DNA from: Candidatus Hydrogenedentota bacterium
Lineage (GTDB): Bacteria; Hydrogenedentota; Hydrogenedentia; Hydrogenedentales; SLHB01
DNA: 64,000 nt
Assembly: GCA_963745075.1 (NCBI GenBank)
Contig: CAVUWV010000032.1
Coordinates: 103,485-167,484, forward strand
Direction of reading: 5' to 3'
Shown: piece after piece, positions 42,205 through 53,851 of the stretch
Position numbering within the stretch: position 1 is the stretch's first letter
Layout of the letters: each line of letters opens with the position of its first letter
Program-made: the position numbers and the translations under genes
The notes under the pieces: model-generated
Told to the model about the DNA's origin: nothing
Database searches by the model: none
Seen by the model: the letters and a program-made list of their open reading frames with translations, nothing else

Positions 42205-42890
42205 AGCGAATCGGACTTGCACTCGCCACGACCGTGACGCTCATCGCCCTCGGCTGTGTGATTACGACGAAACACCAGATCGACGCCCATATCGTGCTCG
42301 ATATCCGCCATATTCAGGAACAGGCCGATGACGTGCTCGATTACGTTGAAGGTAAATCCGACACCCTGCCCACGACCACCGAACCCACCAGTTTCAACGC
42401 GAGCCCGGGGATGCTGCAGCAGGCGCTCTACGCCATGCTGCCGGTCCGCGTCGCTTACGCGGCGGAGCTGAAAGAGTCGTCCCCCAAGGTGAAGGAACTC
42501 GCGGACAAGATGCGCGATCGGCAACCCAAGATCGAAGCGTTGAAAAAGCAGGGCGCCATCGGTGAAGACAACCGCGGCTACGTCGCCCTTCGCGAGAGTG
42601 ATGCCATCGCCGACGCGGACAAGAAGAACGAAGCGCAACAACTCGTCGGCGCGGAAAACGCCGACCGCAAAGCGCTCTATCGTGAAATCGCCAATGACAA
42701 CGCCGATCAGAATGTCACCCTGACCACCGTGGAACGCATCTTCGCCCAGCGCCGCTTGATGCGCGGATCGGCCGGCGAGATTTTCCAATTGCCGCCTGCC
42801 GGTGAAGACTTCGACAAGTTCAAAGCCTCAGCTACGGGCAAAAAGCTGGGCGATGACTGCGCCCCCGGCGCCTGGGTGAAGCTCAAGTAA
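42201..42890 (+). CDS. Lipoprotein with a YnbE-like N-terminus and a YdbL (DUF1318) domain
   Basis: ALGC lipobox, HIVLDIRHI..QADDVL, then LKKQGAIGEDNRGYV...ENADRKALYREIA. Confidence 0.8.
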   Translation: MKRIGLALATTVTLIALGCVITTKHQIDAHIVLDIRHIQEQADDVLDYVEGKSDTLPTTTEPTSFNASPGMLQQALYAMLPVRVAYAAELKESSPKVKELADKMRDRQPKIEALKKQGAIGEDNRGYVALRESDAIADADKKNEAQQLVGAENADRKALYREIANDNADQNVTLTTVERIFAQRRLMRGSAGEIFQLPPAGEDFDKFKASATGKKLGDDCAPGAWVKLK

Positions 42891-42937
42891 ATACCCCAAC
42901 CATACGACGCCGCGCTCACTACGAGCGATTGGAACCG

Positions 42938-42967
42938 AAACGCCCGGGCCTCACCACCCGGGCGTTT
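42938..42967. terminator. Probable bidirectional terminator
   Basis: aaacgcccggg-loop-cccgggcgttt between convergent genes. Confidence 0.6.
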
Positions 42968-42995
42968 AGGCGTCTGGACCAACCGGCTCACGAAT

Positions 42996-44089
42996 CTATT
43001 TCTCGCTGGCCCGTGTCAGTCCGTGCGAGTCCGTGCTGATCCTGCCCCGCGCCCCCACCATCACACCAAGATAAACCAACAACAACACACCCCCCAACGC
43101 CGACAACCACAAACCATCCCGATAGCTCTCCGGCGCAAACCTGAACTGAATCCCCGTATCGCCGGGCTCCACAAGCACGCCCATGAAATCGCCATTAACA
43201 CGGAATACCTCCCGGCTACGATGCCCAGGCGTTGCCTCCGCCGTCCAGCCCGGGTGGTAGCGCTCATCGAAGACCAACAGTTGGGGCGAGTCCACATCGA
43301 CGCGGACTCGTACGTCACCGGGGTGTGATTCCATGATACCGGCTTCGCCCCAGCCGGGTTGAACGTTGAACGGTTGTTCGACCAGCACCGTCGTATCGAC
43401 ATCGATCTGCTGGATGTCAATCGCCGGGTTGTGGCTGACACGCACCGAGGACACCAGATACACCGGTGCAACGGGATCGGGCACGGGTATCCAGCGGTCC
43501 GGTTCGAGCGGCACGTCGTCGTTCGTGTAATACTGCGCGCCGGGCTACTCTTTGTACGCGGCCCCGCGGCGCGCAACGCGGCGTCGTTGTCGTAGACCAG
43601 TTCGCGCCGCGGCAGGAGACCGGCAAGTCCATCCGCCAGAATATGCCCACTCAGGATCCAGCCGTTCGTTGCCGGTTTGCGGCTGGTATACAGGCGATAG
43701 GGACCCACATCCTCCGGCGCGGGAAACCGGCTTGCATACCCTTCAACCGTCGTAGGGGTGTTCCACCAGTAAAGGAAATGGAGCCTATATAACGACTGGT
43801 CCAGCGCGGCCAGGACAAAAAGCAAAGGCAGCGCCGAGCGAATCCCAAACGTCGTACCCGCAACAAGCGCGACGCAAGCCGTCATGGCAAGCGGGCCCCA
43901 CCAAAGCAACGGCGAAGGCGACACGTCGCCGTGAAACGGTTCATCGAGAAATCCCCCGTACGTAAGACCGGCCAACGCCCAACTGGTCAACGCCAGGGCG
44001 ACAGCGACAACGAACGCCGGCCGCAATCGGTGCGGTTCCGACAAAACATGCAGCCGACAGAACAAAGAACGCGGGGTGCGCGGCTTCAA
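42996..44089 (-). pseudogene. C-terminal portion of a YfhO-like membrane protein, frameshifted and apparently 5'-truncated
   Basis: LLVFDERYHPGWTA, RVNGDFMGV.V, FRFAPES..GL..S C-terminal pattern; TM segments upstream; no convincing start. Confidence 0.55.
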
Positions 44090-44126
44090 CCGCGCACCCC
44101 GCAGAATTGGGTCTTCTAATCCGCTC

Positions 44127-45758
44127 TTACATCATGCCGGGCATGCCGCCGCCGTGGGGCGGTCCGGCCGGCGCCGGAGGTTCAGGCTTGGGAATGTCGG
44201 TGACCAGGCATTCGGTCGTCACGAAGACGCCCGCCACGCTCACCGCGTTCCGCAGAGCCGCCGCGATCACCTTGGCCGGGTCGATGATGCCTGCCTTGGC
44301 GAGGTCCTCGACCTTGCCCGTCGCGGCGTTCAACCCGAATCCGGCTTTCGCGTCCAGCACCGTCTGCACCATCACATTGCCTTCGAAACCGGCGTTCTTC
44401 GCGATCTGTGCAAGAGGGGAGGCCAACGCGCGGCTCACGATCGACGCGCCGGAGACTTCGTCTCCTGACAATTTCAGGGCGTCCACCTTCTTGCGTGCGG
44501 CCAGCAACGCCGTGCCGCCGCCCGGCACCACGCCTTCTTCGATCGCGGCGCGGGTCGCGTTGAGCGCATCGTCCGTGCGGGCTTTCTTTTCTTTGAGTTC
44601 GATTTCCGTCGCGGCGCCGACCTTGATCACAGCGACGCCCCCGGCCAGTTTAGCCAGACGTTCCTGCAACTTCTCGCGGTCGTAATCCGACGTGGTCGAT
44701 TCGATGCCCTTCCGGATCATCTCACAGCGGCCGACGATGTCCTTCTTGGCGCCGCCGCCTTCGACGATGGTCGTATGATCTTTCGTGACTTCGACCCGCT
44801 TCGCCCGGCCCAGATCTTTCAAGGTGACGCTTTCCAGTTTGGTGCCGAGATCTTCCGAGATGTACATGCCGCCGGTCAGCACGGCGATGTCACGCAGAAT
44901 TTCCTTGCGGCGGTCTCCAAAGGCCGGGGCCTTCACCGCCGTGCAATTCAAAATGCCGCGCAGACGGTTCACAACAAGCGTTGCGAGCGCCTCGCCTTCA
45001 ACGTCTTCGGAAATAATCAACAGCGGCTTGCCACTTTGGGCGATAGCCTGCAACAGCGGAACCAGTTCCTGCAGCCCGCTAATCTTCTTCTCGCAGCAGA
45101 GGATGTAGCAGTCTTCCAACACCGCGGTCATCGTCTCGGGATTGGTGACAAAGTACGGCGACAGGAAACCACGGTCGAACTGCATACCATCGACCAGTTC
45201 GAGTTCGCTGATCAACCCTTTGCCTTCCTCGATGGTCACCACACCGTCCTGCCCGACGGACTCGATGGCGTCCGCGATCATCTTGCCGATTTCTTCGTCG
45301 CCATTGGCAGAAATCGTGGCCACGTGGGCAATATCTTCGCTGTTACGAACTTTCTTGCTCGCCGACTTGATCGCGTCCAATGCCGCGACCAGTGCTTTCT
45401 CCATTCCCCGTTTCAAATGCATGGGATTCGCGCCCAACGTCACGTGGCGCATGCCCTCATGAACCATGTCCTGCGCAAGCACCGTGGCCGTCGTCGTACC
45501 GTCACCGGCCGTGTCCTGGGTCTTGCTGGCGGCTTCGCGCACCATCCGTGCGCCCATGTTCTCATACCCGTCTTTCAACTCCACTTCCTTGGCAACCGTT
45601 ACCCCGTCTTTGGTGATATTGGGGGCTCCGAAGGACTTTTCGATGACGACGTTGCGGCCCCTGGGCCCCAAAGTGGCCTTGACGGCGTCCGCAAGGATGT
45701 CAGCCCCGCGCAACAGCGCGTTGCGAGCTTCCTGGTTGAAGGCCATCTTTTTTGCCAT
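44127..45758 (-). CDS. groEL: Chaperonin GroEL
   Basis: [53 protein letters not shown] tail. Confidence 0.97.
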   Translation of the reverse strand: MAKKMAFNQEARNALLRGADILADAVKATLGPRGRNVVIEKSFGAPNITKDGVTVAKEVELKDGYENMGARMVREAASKTQDTAGDGTTTATVLAQDMVHEGMRHVTLGANPMHLKRGMEKALVAALDAIKSASKKVRNSEDIAHVATISANGDEEIGKMIADAIESVGQDGVVTIEEGKGLISELELVDGMQFDRGFLSPYFVTNPETMTAVLEDCYILCCEKKISGLQELVPLLQAIAQSGKPLLIISEDVEGEALATLVVNRLRGILNCTAVKAPAFGDRRKEILRDIAVLTGGMYISEDLGTKLESVTLKDLGRAKRVEVTKDHTTIVEGGGAKKDIVGRCEMIRKGIESTTSDYDREKLQERLAKLAGGVAVIKVGAATEIELKEKKARTDDALNATRAAIEEGVVPGGGTALLAARKKVDALKLSGDEVSGASIVSRALASPLAQIAKNAGFEGNVMVQTVLDAKAGFGLNAATGKVEDLAKAGIIDPAKVIAAALRNAVSVAGVFVTTECLVTDIPKPEPPAPAGPPHGGGMPGMM

Positions 45759-45820
45759 TGGTCTATCTCCTTTAACACATGAATCTTACGACTTATTGTT
45801 TTCTTTACCCGGAGGATATG

Positions 45821-45847
45821 TTAGCACTCCATACAACTGAGTGCTAA
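45821..45847. promoter_or_regulatory. CIRCE element (HrcA operator)
   Basis: Exact TTAGCACTC-N9-GAGTGCTAA. Confidence 0.97.
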
Positions 45848-45856
45848 CAGCCCGCC

Positions 45857-45885
45857 ATGGTAGCATAGCCGCATCCCGCTGTCAA
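45857..45885 (-). promoter_or_regulatory. Sigma70 promoter of groEL
   Basis: Minus strand TTGACA-N17-TACCAT with extended -10 TG, directly upstream of CIRCE. Confidence 0.75.
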
Positions 45886-46036
45886 GTTGTTGATCACCTG
45901 GAGCCTATGCCACCGTGGCAACGCTCGCCACAACGCGCGCCTGAATCCAGCTTCCAGACCCTTATCCCGGAAATCTCACACGCACCCAACGTACCGGTCT
46001 GCAAAACGAGGACTTTCGGGCACTGAGAAATGCGGA

Positions 46037-46717
46037 TTATGATGTGAAATTGGTGTTGCCCGTCAGACGTGTCACCGCTGCCTCCAGTTCCCCCGGCGTC
46101 ACTTCCTCCATCCAGTATTTCACTAGCTTCCCGTCCGGGTCCAGCACGACCGTCAGGGGGAGCGTGCCGTCAAAGCCCGATTCCGAGGCACCAATCATCG
46201 CGGCGAGCTTTACGGGGTCCGGGTCTTTGAAGTCCAGCACGTGGACCGGGAAAGGTAGTGTGTGTTCCTTGACGAAGGGTTTGACGGTGTCGTCGAGGGA
46301 GTAAACCATATCTGCGGAAAGGCTGAGGAATACTACACGGTCGCGATCCATGCCCTCGTAGAACTTGGCGAAGACCGGCAACTCCTTAATACACGGAAGG
46401 CACCACGTCGCCCAAACGTTGACGACCAGAATCTTGCCGCGTGCAGTGTCGAGGATCTGCTGAAGTTGTTTTTCGTTGGTGAGGGAAACGTCCGGTTGGC
46501 TTACTCCCGCCTCCGCTTTCGGATTCTCCGAAGCCGCGGAGGTCTCCTCCGGCGCAGGGGCCGTCTCTGCCGCTTTCGGCGAGGCGGTCTCCGCTGAGGG
46601 CGCCGGTGCCCTATCCGAGGATCCGCAGCCGGATACGCAGAGCCCAACCACCACGAATAACAATACCGGGGGACCGGAAACCCGTCGTCCCCGGCCCCCC
46701 GGGAAAAATGCTTGCAT
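46037..46717 (-). CDS. TlpA-family thiol-disulfide oxidoreductase lipoprotein
   Basis: VSGC lipobox, NVWATWCLPC..ELP, GTLPLT. Confidence 0.85.
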   Translation of the reverse strand: MQAFFPGGRGRRVSGPPVLLFVVVGLCVSGCGSSDRAPAPSAETASPKAAETAPAPEETSAASENPKAEAGVSQPDVSLTNEKQLQQILDTARGKILVVNVWATWCLPCIKELPVFAKFYEGMDRDRVVFLSLSADMVYSLDDTVKPFVKEHTLPFPVHVLDFKDPDPVKLAAMIGASESGFDGTLPLTVVLDPDGKLVKYWMEEVTPGELEAAVTRLTGNTNFTS

Positions 46718-46730
46718 CTTCAACGTTTGC

Positions 46731-47363
46731 TCAGCTCGCGCGATTGATGCCGCAACCATAAGCGCTCTTTTCCGGAGTGCTCACGGATTTGCCCGCCAGC
46801 ATCTCATCGAGCGCGTTCTTCACGTAGTTCACGTAATCCGGGTCGTCCGGCTTCTTCATATTGTCCAACGCGCCATGATAAACGAGCTTCTCGTCTTTGT
46901 CCTTGATGTAGATCTCGGGGGTCCGTTTGGCACCCATGGTGTCCGCATATTTGTTCATATCATCTTTGAGGATGGGATAGGGGAGCTTCTTCCCAGTCTT
47001 GTTCTTGGATGTTGCGTAGTCCTCGATATCGGACGGCGAGTTGTTTTTGTCCGCGTCGACGCTGAGGAAGGAGACGCCCTTGTCTCTATATACATTCGCC
47101 AACGTCGCGTAAACGGGCTCGGCGCCGCGCGAGTAGGGGCACCCTTGCGATGTGAACGACAACACCAGGATCTTGCCTTTGTACTGGTCGAGGGAGTGCG
47201 GATTGCCTTCATAATCGGACAACGTGAAGGCGGGAAAATCGGAGCCAATCGCAGGAGGATCGGGGATTTGCGCCAATGCGAATTGGTTCATCATAACCGC
47301 GACCGCACCAACACCGATGCAGGCACACACCGTCGCCGTCGCAAGCTTTGCCTTCGTCTTCAT
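46731..47363 (-). CDS. Exported redoxin (AhpC/TSA-like) protein
   Basis: Signal peptide; FTL.D..G, GCPY, GAKRTPE, YHGALD, YGC. Confidence 0.85.
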   Translation of the reverse strand: MKTKAKLATATVCACIGVGAVAVMMNQFALAQIPDPPAIGSDFPAFTLSDYEGNPHSLDQYKGKILVLSFTSQGCPYSRGAEPVYATLANVYRDKGVSFLSVDADKNNSPSDIEDYATSKNKTGKKLPYPILKDDMNKYADTMGAKRTPEIYIKDKDEKLVYHGALDNMKKPDDPDYVNYVKNALDEMLAGKSVSTPEKSAYGCGINRAS

Positions 47364-47548
47364 GGGAATAGCCCTCCTTCGTCGCACTATGCCATGTCCA
47401 CACCCATCATTCACGCAACCTTGCAGAGGAAACACCGTCGCGGAGGGAATTCTGCCCGGAAAACGGTAATCGTACCGGGGAAAACGCACCCGTCCACCTT
47501 CCGCGAGCGTCACGTGAAGGATACATTCGGGAACACGCCCGAAGGTTG

Positions 47549-48877
47549 TCAGTCCACGAGTCGAATGACCTGCAACATCGATGCTCCCGGCCAAGGCGGG
47601 TCCCGCGGCCGATCCCGGTTCGGCCCAAGGGTTTCCCAACGAAGCACATAGCGCCCTTCGCCCGCGAAACTTCCCGAATCCGAAGCCCAGCGCACCGTCA
47701 TACCCGGGAAGTCCGAACGAACGGTGCGAAGTTCCGTCGGAGTGGAATCGTGATATTCCTCAGTCTTCACAATTTGCAGGGTTTTCTCGTCCAGAACCCA
47801 GGTTCCCCGCCCTTCGATTTTGTGGCGGAACGCCTGCGTCAGTCCAACACCGGGCTTGTACACGACCGGACTTACGCCGATCTCAAACCCGATGCTGCCG
47901 CCGCCGGAGAAGTCCCATCGATACGACCACTGACTGGTCTGGTAGATGACCCAATCGCCGTGTTCGAATCGCGCGTTGTAGAGCTGCGTCTTTCCGGTTC
48001 CGTCATACTTGTGATACGCAATGATCGGCCGCTGCCGGCTATCGAAACCGACCCTGGTGTTGCCGTTGATGATCCCACCACCCGGCAGGACGGGATCGAC
48101 GACATCCGCCGTTTTCAATGTGATCGGCAACGTTAACGGCTTGCCACCGGCCGTCTCCCAATGGATCAGGTCTTTGCTGCGGGCATAGCAAAGGTCGTGG
48201 TTGGTGGCGCAGTCGGGCGTATCCCGCCACACCCAACACACATGGTAGAACCCGTCCGGACCGACCGACGGCCCCACCAGGTAGGCGTTCATCTCGCCCT
48301 CGCCGTCGGTCAACGGATAGTCCAGGAGCCGTTTCCACTGTTGCGTTTCGGCATCGTAGATCTTGTAGATCTGGTTGCCGGAGCCGCTGGAGCCGTCGCG
48401 GTACGTGAACACCAGGGCACCGTCCGGCGACTCGAAAAATCGGGGATAGGTAACCCGTTGTTCCGCGTCGCCCGTCATGGTGGGAATTCGGTCCAACGCA
48501 TGGATGTTCCCTGTTTTGTGGGTACGGAAATACACCAGGGGGCGCACGTGCATATTTCCTGAGACGTGGAGGTTTCCCGCGGAATCCAGGGCCATGGTGA
48601 CGGAGTTGTGGCTATCCCAGCCCACCGTTTCGGGGAGCACCTGATAGTCCCAATCCGAATTTCCCAGTGGACGGTGTGCAACCGTCATGCGACGTTCGGC
48701 ATCATAATAGGCAACAAATTGATCGTCGCCCGCGGTCATCAGGCAGAATCCGACCGGATGCCCCGCCCATACGGGGGCCACATCGGAAACCTCGGCCACG
48801 GTTGCGGCGTCTGAATTAGAGAGCAAGACCAGCAAGAAGCCGGTTGCGGCGACAATGTATCGTATTGGAACGCACAT
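47549..48877 (-). CDS. Secreted BNR-repeat (BNR_4-like) beta-propeller protein
   Basis: GWDSHN, HVSGNMH, TYPRF, YRDGSSGSG, TNHDLCYARSKD. Confidence 0.8.
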   Translation of the reverse strand: MCVPIRYIVAATGFLLVLLSNSDAATVAEVSDVAPVWAGHPVGFCLMTAGDDQFVAYYDAERRMTVAHRPLGNSDWDYQVLPETVGWDSHNSVTMALDSAGNLHVSGNMHVRPLVYFRTHKTGNIHALDRIPTMTGDAEQRVTYPRFFESPDGALVFTYRDGSSGSGNQIYKIYDAETQQWKRLLDYPLTDGEGEMNAYLVGPSVGPDGFYHVCWVWRDTPDCATNHDLCYARSKDLIHWETAGGKPLTLPITLKTADVVDPVLPGGGIINGNTRVGFDSRQRPIIAYHKYDGTGKTQLYNARFEHGDWVIYQTSQWSYRWDFSGGGSIGFEIGVSPVVYKPGVGLTQAFRHKIEGRGTWVLDEKTLQIVKTEEYHDSTPTELRTVRSDFPGMTVRWASDSGSFAGEGRYVLRWETLGPNRDRPRDPPWPGASMLQVIRLVD

Positions 48878-49123
48878 AGTTTTACTCCTTCCCGTGCAGC
48901 ATACAGATCTTTCGATAAGGGATTCGATCGAAAGAGGAAAACGAAAGCCGGGTTGTGTATACTCTAGCGCAGTCGAGTGTGAATCACTCATGCAAGGTTG
49001 TCAATGGTGGTCGCTTCACGAAACCGGATGGAAATACCGGTGTCAAGCGTTCCCTTTGTCGACGAGAAATTACGCCGCGCCACCCGGGCGGGCATGGACG
49101 CTTAGGCGAAAGGAATTTGGTTT

Positions 49124-50051
49124 ATGGCACTGTTGCCGTCTTGGGTTACCCCACGACACATCAAGTACGGGACCATCGCGGTCATCGGACTACTCCACGT
49201 GGCTGCGTTGGCGGCCCCCTTCACCTTCAGTTGGACGGGACTGATACTCTGCCTCATTCTTTTCTGGGTGACGGGCGGCTTGGGGATTACCCTGTGTTAC
49301 CACCGTTTGCTGACGCACCGGAGTTACCGCACCCCAAAATTTGTTGAGTACATTCTGACCTTCTTCGGATGTCTCGCGCTGCAAGGCGGACCCATTACGT
49401 GGGTCGCAACCCATCGCGTCCATCACAAGGAATCCGACGAGGAACCCGACCCGCACACGCCGGTCGTGGAGAATTTCCTGTGGGCGCACCTTCTGTGGAA
49501 CTTCTTCGACGATCCGAAGCTGGACTCGTTTGATAAGTGCAAACGGTTTGCCAAAGACCTGGCACGGGATCCCGTGCAACGGTTTTTCAATAAGACTTTC
49601 TTCCTGATCTACCTTGCCGGCGCCGGCGGTGTTGTACACCATCGGCCACGTCATCGGGGGCTGGGAACTGGGACTTTCCCTCGTGGTATGGGGTGTCGCG
49701 GTGCGGACGGTACTCGTATGGCATTCGACATGGCTCGTAAATTCCGCCACGCACCTCTGGGGCTATTCGAATTACAAGACTACCGATAACAGCCGGAACA
49801 CCTGGTGGGTCGCTCTCATCACCTTCGGCGAAGGCTGGCACAACAACCACCACGCGGATCAGCGTTCCGCCGCCCACGGGCACAAATGGTGGGAGTTCGA
49901 TATGACCTACTGGACGATCAAGCTTATGCAGTGGGTCGGTCTCGCCAAGGACGTGGTCAAACCCGGCCGCCTCAGCACCATCCGCGCCAAGGTTTCCATC
50001 GCGGAGACGCTCGATCTGGAACAGGAAGAACCGGAGACCGTGGAAGTTTAG
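49124..50051 (+). CDS. Delta-9 fatty acid desaturase, frameshift near 49625
   Basis: His boxes HRLLTH, HRVHH, EGWHNNHH; VNSATH. Confidence 0.9.
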
Positions 50052-50082
50052 CTACGGCACCTGAGACACCGAATCGGATTAC

Positions 50083-50114
50083 GAACGCCCGGACTTGTCC
50101 GGGCGTTTTCTTTT
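50083..50114 (+). terminator. Rho-independent terminator
   Basis: aacgcccgga-cttg-tccgggcgtt followed by a T-rich tract. Confidence 0.8.
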
Positions 50115-50143
50115 GATGGAAAGACTGGGGTGGATACGATCTG

Positions 50144-50452
50144 TCAGCCCCAACCCGCGTCGTCGGGGAAGCAGTTGTTGAACTTAAGGCTCTGCCGGGG
50201 CTCGGCCATCATGGGTTCGACTGTGTCGCGCCATTTCTTGTAATGGGCCGTCTCCTTGTGGCGCGCCGGGTCGCCGAGCGTGCGGTACACTTCGACCAAC
50301 ACGAACCGCGACGGGTCATCCGTCTGTTGCACCACATCGAAGCGTGCAATCCCCGGTTCCTGAATGCTCTGCCGCGCGTTCTCCAACGTCGCGGCCTTGA
50401 ACACACCGATGCTTTCTTCTTTCACATGCACGTTGACATGAACGATGAACAT
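50144..50452 (-). CDS. Antibiotic-biosynthesis-monooxygenase (LsrG-like) protein
   Basis: [37 protein letters not shown]. Confidence 0.85.
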   Translation of the reverse strand: MFIVHVNVHVKEESIGVFKAATLENARQSIQEPGIARFDVVQQTDDPSRFVLVEVYRTLGDPARHKETAHYKKWRDTVEPMMAEPRQSLKFNNCFPDDAGWG

Positions 50453-50462
50453 ACGCATTCTC

Positions 50463-52184
50463 CTACGTGGTACCCTGCAACGGCGGACGGACGCGACGAT
50501 GATACGGGTCGTCCGTTTCCGTCAGGCAGTGATAAATTTCGATCAGACGGCGCATGGCGGCCTCAGCCGCGGGAGACTCCAATCCGTCGCCGCCGAACCG
50601 CTCCCGGTCGAGCACCGCGCGCAGATGCAGGATCTCCCATCGCCAGTTTTGCCTGGCCCAATTCGGCAACCGTGAGTTCACGCCCTCCGCCAGTTCAAAG
50701 GCGCGCCGCACGCCGTCGGTATCCACCGGTTGCTTCTGATACGACTGGCTGGCAGCGGTTTCGAGGAGGCCAATCATGGCCAAGACGTCGTCGGAAACCC
50801 CTGACCCGAATTCATACGCAATGTACTCTTCCAATGTTGCCGACGCCCGCTGCTCCCGGTTCCAGTAGAACTGAGCGACCACGGCTTTGTTGGTGTCTTC
50901 GTAGATGCCCTCGCTGTACGGGAACCCGCCGTCGACGACGTGCTTCACCTGGTCCCAAAGACGCTGGAACCGGGACGGCAACGGATTCGCCCCGAAACCT
51001 CCCCACGGCCAATTGCCCCACATGCTAATCTCTGGGAAGTTGAGCAGCGGCAAATCGCCGGGCACTCCAACGTCCAGCGGATAGCGGGGAAAGTCTTCGT
51101 GTGAATCGGCCAGGATGTAGTCCACCCAATTACCATCGCTGGCCAGTGTGTCGGAAAGTCCTTGCCACTCGCCCTCGGGTGGCGTGTCGAACATCCAGGT
51201 GCTCAGAACGACTTTCAAATTCGGAAAGTATTCTCGTCCAAGTTGCGCTTGGTCTCTGGAGAGTTTCAAAAAACCGTTGTTGCCCCAGGGTCGGCAGTTC
51301 TCGCACGCACAGCCGCCTTCGTCGTAAGGCCAGAAGACCACGAAATCCAGACCCACGTCGGTCAATTGCTCGAAGAGTTGCCGGTAATTCTCCATGATGT
51401 AGGCATGCCCTTCCGCGTTGCTGGGGCATATCGGGTTCCCGCTGTTCCCGCGCCGCTTGGTCGGGTCCGGCAAGCGCGTCGCCCGGATACTATCCGGAGC
51501 GCCGTTAAACAGCGCGTTGTTCGCGCCGATACCGAATTGGAGTCCCAGGCCCTTGGCATGCCGAGCGTACTTGCGCATCATGGCGACAGCCGGCTCGGCA
51601 TGCGGATCGTTCCAGTCCTGGAGATTGATGAAGGGGAAGGCGACCTTGACGGCATTGACGCCCCAGAGCGCCAGGTCTTCTATGTACCGCGCGATTTCCG
51701 GCTCCGACGCCTGGTGATACCAATTGTGAAAATGCGTCGCGAAGTACATACCGCGCAAAGAACCGTCAGGCACCGACGTGCCGCGCCAGGACGACGGATG
51801 GAATGTCTCATGATACTGGCTGGTCCGGAGAAACTTGCCGATTCCATACAACAGCCCGCGCGGCGATCCCGCCGCAACGCGCACCGCGGAACGGGTCTCA
51901 TCAATACGAAACGCCTCGGCCGTCAGGCGGTCATCCACGGTCAGAACAACCTGCGCTTCGGAATCAACTTTGACCACCTTTACCGGGCAGCGCTGCTCGA
52001 TTCGATCTTTGAGTATCGAGAACGTTCTCGCCACAATCGGGTCGTCGGGTGCTTTCACGCGCACCGGGATTTCGCGACGAGACGTGTCGGCGGGTTCGTT
52101 AGCCGTCGCGCGACGTGGGAACCCCACGCCCACCGCTGCAGCCCCGGCAAACTTCAGGAATGTCCTCCGGTCGTGGGCAGCCAC
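50463..52184 (-). CDS. Tat-exported hypothetical glycoside-hydrolase-like protein
   Basis: DRRTFL signal; EAFRI...G..RGLLYG..FLR segment resembling the GH20/GH67 N-domain, followed by a probable catalytic domain. Confidence 0.6.
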   Translation of the reverse strand: MAAHDRRTFLKFAGAAAVGVGFPRRATANEPADTSRREIPVRVKAPDDPIVARTFSILKDRIEQRCPVKVVKVDSEAQVVLTVDDRLTAEAFRIDETRSAVRVAAGSPRGLLYGIGKFLRTSQYHETFHPSSWRGTSVPDGSLRGMYFATHFHNWYHQASEPEIARYIEDLALWGVNAVKVAFPFINLQDWNDPHAEPAVAMMRKYARHAKGLGLQFGIGANNALFNGAPDSIRATRLPDPTKRRGNSGNPICPSNAEGHAYIMENYRQLFEQLTDVGLDFVVFWPYDEGGCACENCRPWGNNGFLKLSRDQAQLGREYFPNLKVVLSTWMFDTPPEGEWQGLSDTLASDGNWVDYILADSHEDFPRYPLDVGVPGDLPLLNFPEISMWGNWPWGGFGANPLPSRFQRLWDQVKHVVDGGFPYSEGIYEDTNKAVVAQFYWNREQRASATLEEYIAYEFGSGVSDDVLAMIGLLETAASQSYQKQPVDTDGVRRAFELAEGVNSRLPNWARQNWRWEILHLRAVLDRERFGGDGLESPAAEAAMRRLIEIYHCLTETDDPYHRRVRPPLQGTT

Positions 52185-52188
52185 TTTC

Positions 52189-53763
52189 TTACGCCCGCCG
52201 GTTCTTGCCGTGACACTTGCAGCCGGGCCAATTGGGCGAGTAAAGATACGACCCCTTGCGGATAGCCAGTTTCCCGTCTTTCACGAACGGTTCGCCGCGC
52301 TCGGACAGATGATCCACCATGTATTGGCGCCACTTCGCCACTCGGTCCGCGTACGCCGGATCCTGCGCACGATCTTTCGTCTCGCCGGGATCGGCGTCGA
52401 GATCGAAAAACTGCTCCTCGCCCGTCTCGCAATGGAAGATAAACTTGCTGCGCCCGTCCGTTACCGCCGTCCAATGGTTGAGAGGACTGTAGCAGCGGTC
52501 GTGTTCGAGATCGATGTATGGCCGCCATTCCGCATCGCTGTTTTCGACAAGGGTCAGCATGCTCTTGCCGTCGAGCGTCTCAGCCCCGGCCGCACCCGCC
52601 GCATCCATGAACGTCGGGAAAATATCGCGCAATTCGACCGGTTGATCCAACACGCGGCCGCGATTCTCAGACAACGTTCCTTTCGGCCAGCGCACGATCA
52701 TGGGCACGTTTGCGGAACCCTGATACGCGTAGGTCTTCCGCCACATGTGATGGTCGCCCATCATGTCACCGTGATCGGCGGTGAAGACAATGAGCGTATT
52801 CTCCAACATTCCGCGCTTCTCCAGCGCCGCCAGGATCTCGCCAATCTTCTCGTCGATAAACGTGATGTTGCCGTAATACCCCTGTCGCGACGTTCGCACC
52901 TGGTCCGCGCCCATGTCGCCGTGCCAGATGCTGTTCGAGTCGTCGCTGCGCGGCGCATACTTCGCGGCCCAGTCGCCAACGCTCGCGGGCGGAATGTCCG
53001 CGTCCTCGTACATGTCCCAAAACCGCGGAGGCGCGTCGTAGGGACTGTGCGGCCGCGCGAAGGACACTTTTAAGAAGAACGGCTCAGGCCGATCGTAGGT
53101 CTCGATAAAGTGACAAGCGGTATCACCGGTCCACTTCGTGGGGTGATATTCCTCCGGTAACTTGTACGGCCATCCGCGGTAGTCGTTCCACCCGAGTCCC
53201 GTCACGTCGGAATCGACCTCTGGTGCCTTCGAGAACAACCAGGAATGATAATCGCTGCGGAAGTCCACGGTTTGTTCGCGTCCCGACTCATCGAGAATGG
53301 TCCGGTGAAACCCGTGGGTATGCCGTTGCGGATGCCAGTGCATCTTGCCGATGCCCGTCGTGTAGTACCCGGCATCGCGCAAGGTCTGGGGCATCTCATA
53401 CTCGTACCCTTCGCCCACACGGCCGTAGCCGAGCATGCCGTTTCGCCAGGGTCCCAACCCCGTCAGCAAAGCTGAACGCGCGGGCGTGCACGACGGTACA
53501 CAGGAGTACCCGTTGCGAAACCGCACCCCTTCCTTCGCGAGACGGTCCATGTTGGGCGTCTTGATAGCGGGATGTCCTGCCACGCCCAGGCAATCGCCCC
53601 GTTGCTGATCCGTCATCAGTAGCAGGAGGTTGGGCTTCTTGAGCCGGGGAAGCGGCGCAGCCTGCGCGCGAGCCCCGGCTGCGACCGCGGTCGCGCCGGC
53701 CGCCAGGCCCACTTTGAACAGGTCGCGTCGAGATAAGGTCGGAGATTCTGGTTTCGCGTTCAT
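52189..53763 (-). CDS. Tat-exported arylsulfatase
   Basis: SRRDLF signal; PNLLLLMTDQQR, CTPARSALLTG (CxPxR), GKMH, DHG. Confidence 0.93.
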   Translation of the reverse strand: MNAKPESPTLSRRDLFKVGLAAGATAVAAGARAQAAPLPRLKKPNLLLLMTDQQRGDCLGVAGHPAIKTPNMDRLAKEGVRFRNGYSCVPSCTPARSALLTGLGPWRNGMLGYGRVGEGYEYEMPQTLRDAGYYTTGIGKMHWHPQRHTHGFHRTILDESGREQTVDFRSDYHSWLFSKAPEVDSDVTGLGWNDYRGWPYKLPEEYHPTKWTGDTACHFIETYDRPEPFFLKVSFARPHSPYDAPPRFWDMYEDADIPPASVGDWAAKYAPRSDDSNSIWHGDMGADQVRTSRQGYYGNITFIDEKIGEILAALEKRGMLENTLIVFTADHGDMMGDHHMWRKTYAYQGSANVPMIVRWPKGTLSENRGRVLDQPVELRDIFPTFMDAAGAAGAETLDGKSMLTLVENSDAEWRPYIDLEHDRCYSPLNHWTAVTDGRSKFIFHCETGEEQFFDLDADPGETKDRAQDPAYADRVAKWRQYMVDHLSERGEPFVKDGKLAIRKGSYLYSPNWPGCKCHGKNRRA

Positions 53764-53851
53764 ACATCGAGTATGCCACACGACTGATGCGCGGGCAACG
53801 GCACTGACCAATCGTGTCACTGGCCAATCGCACAAAAGTTGTCAAAACGGG

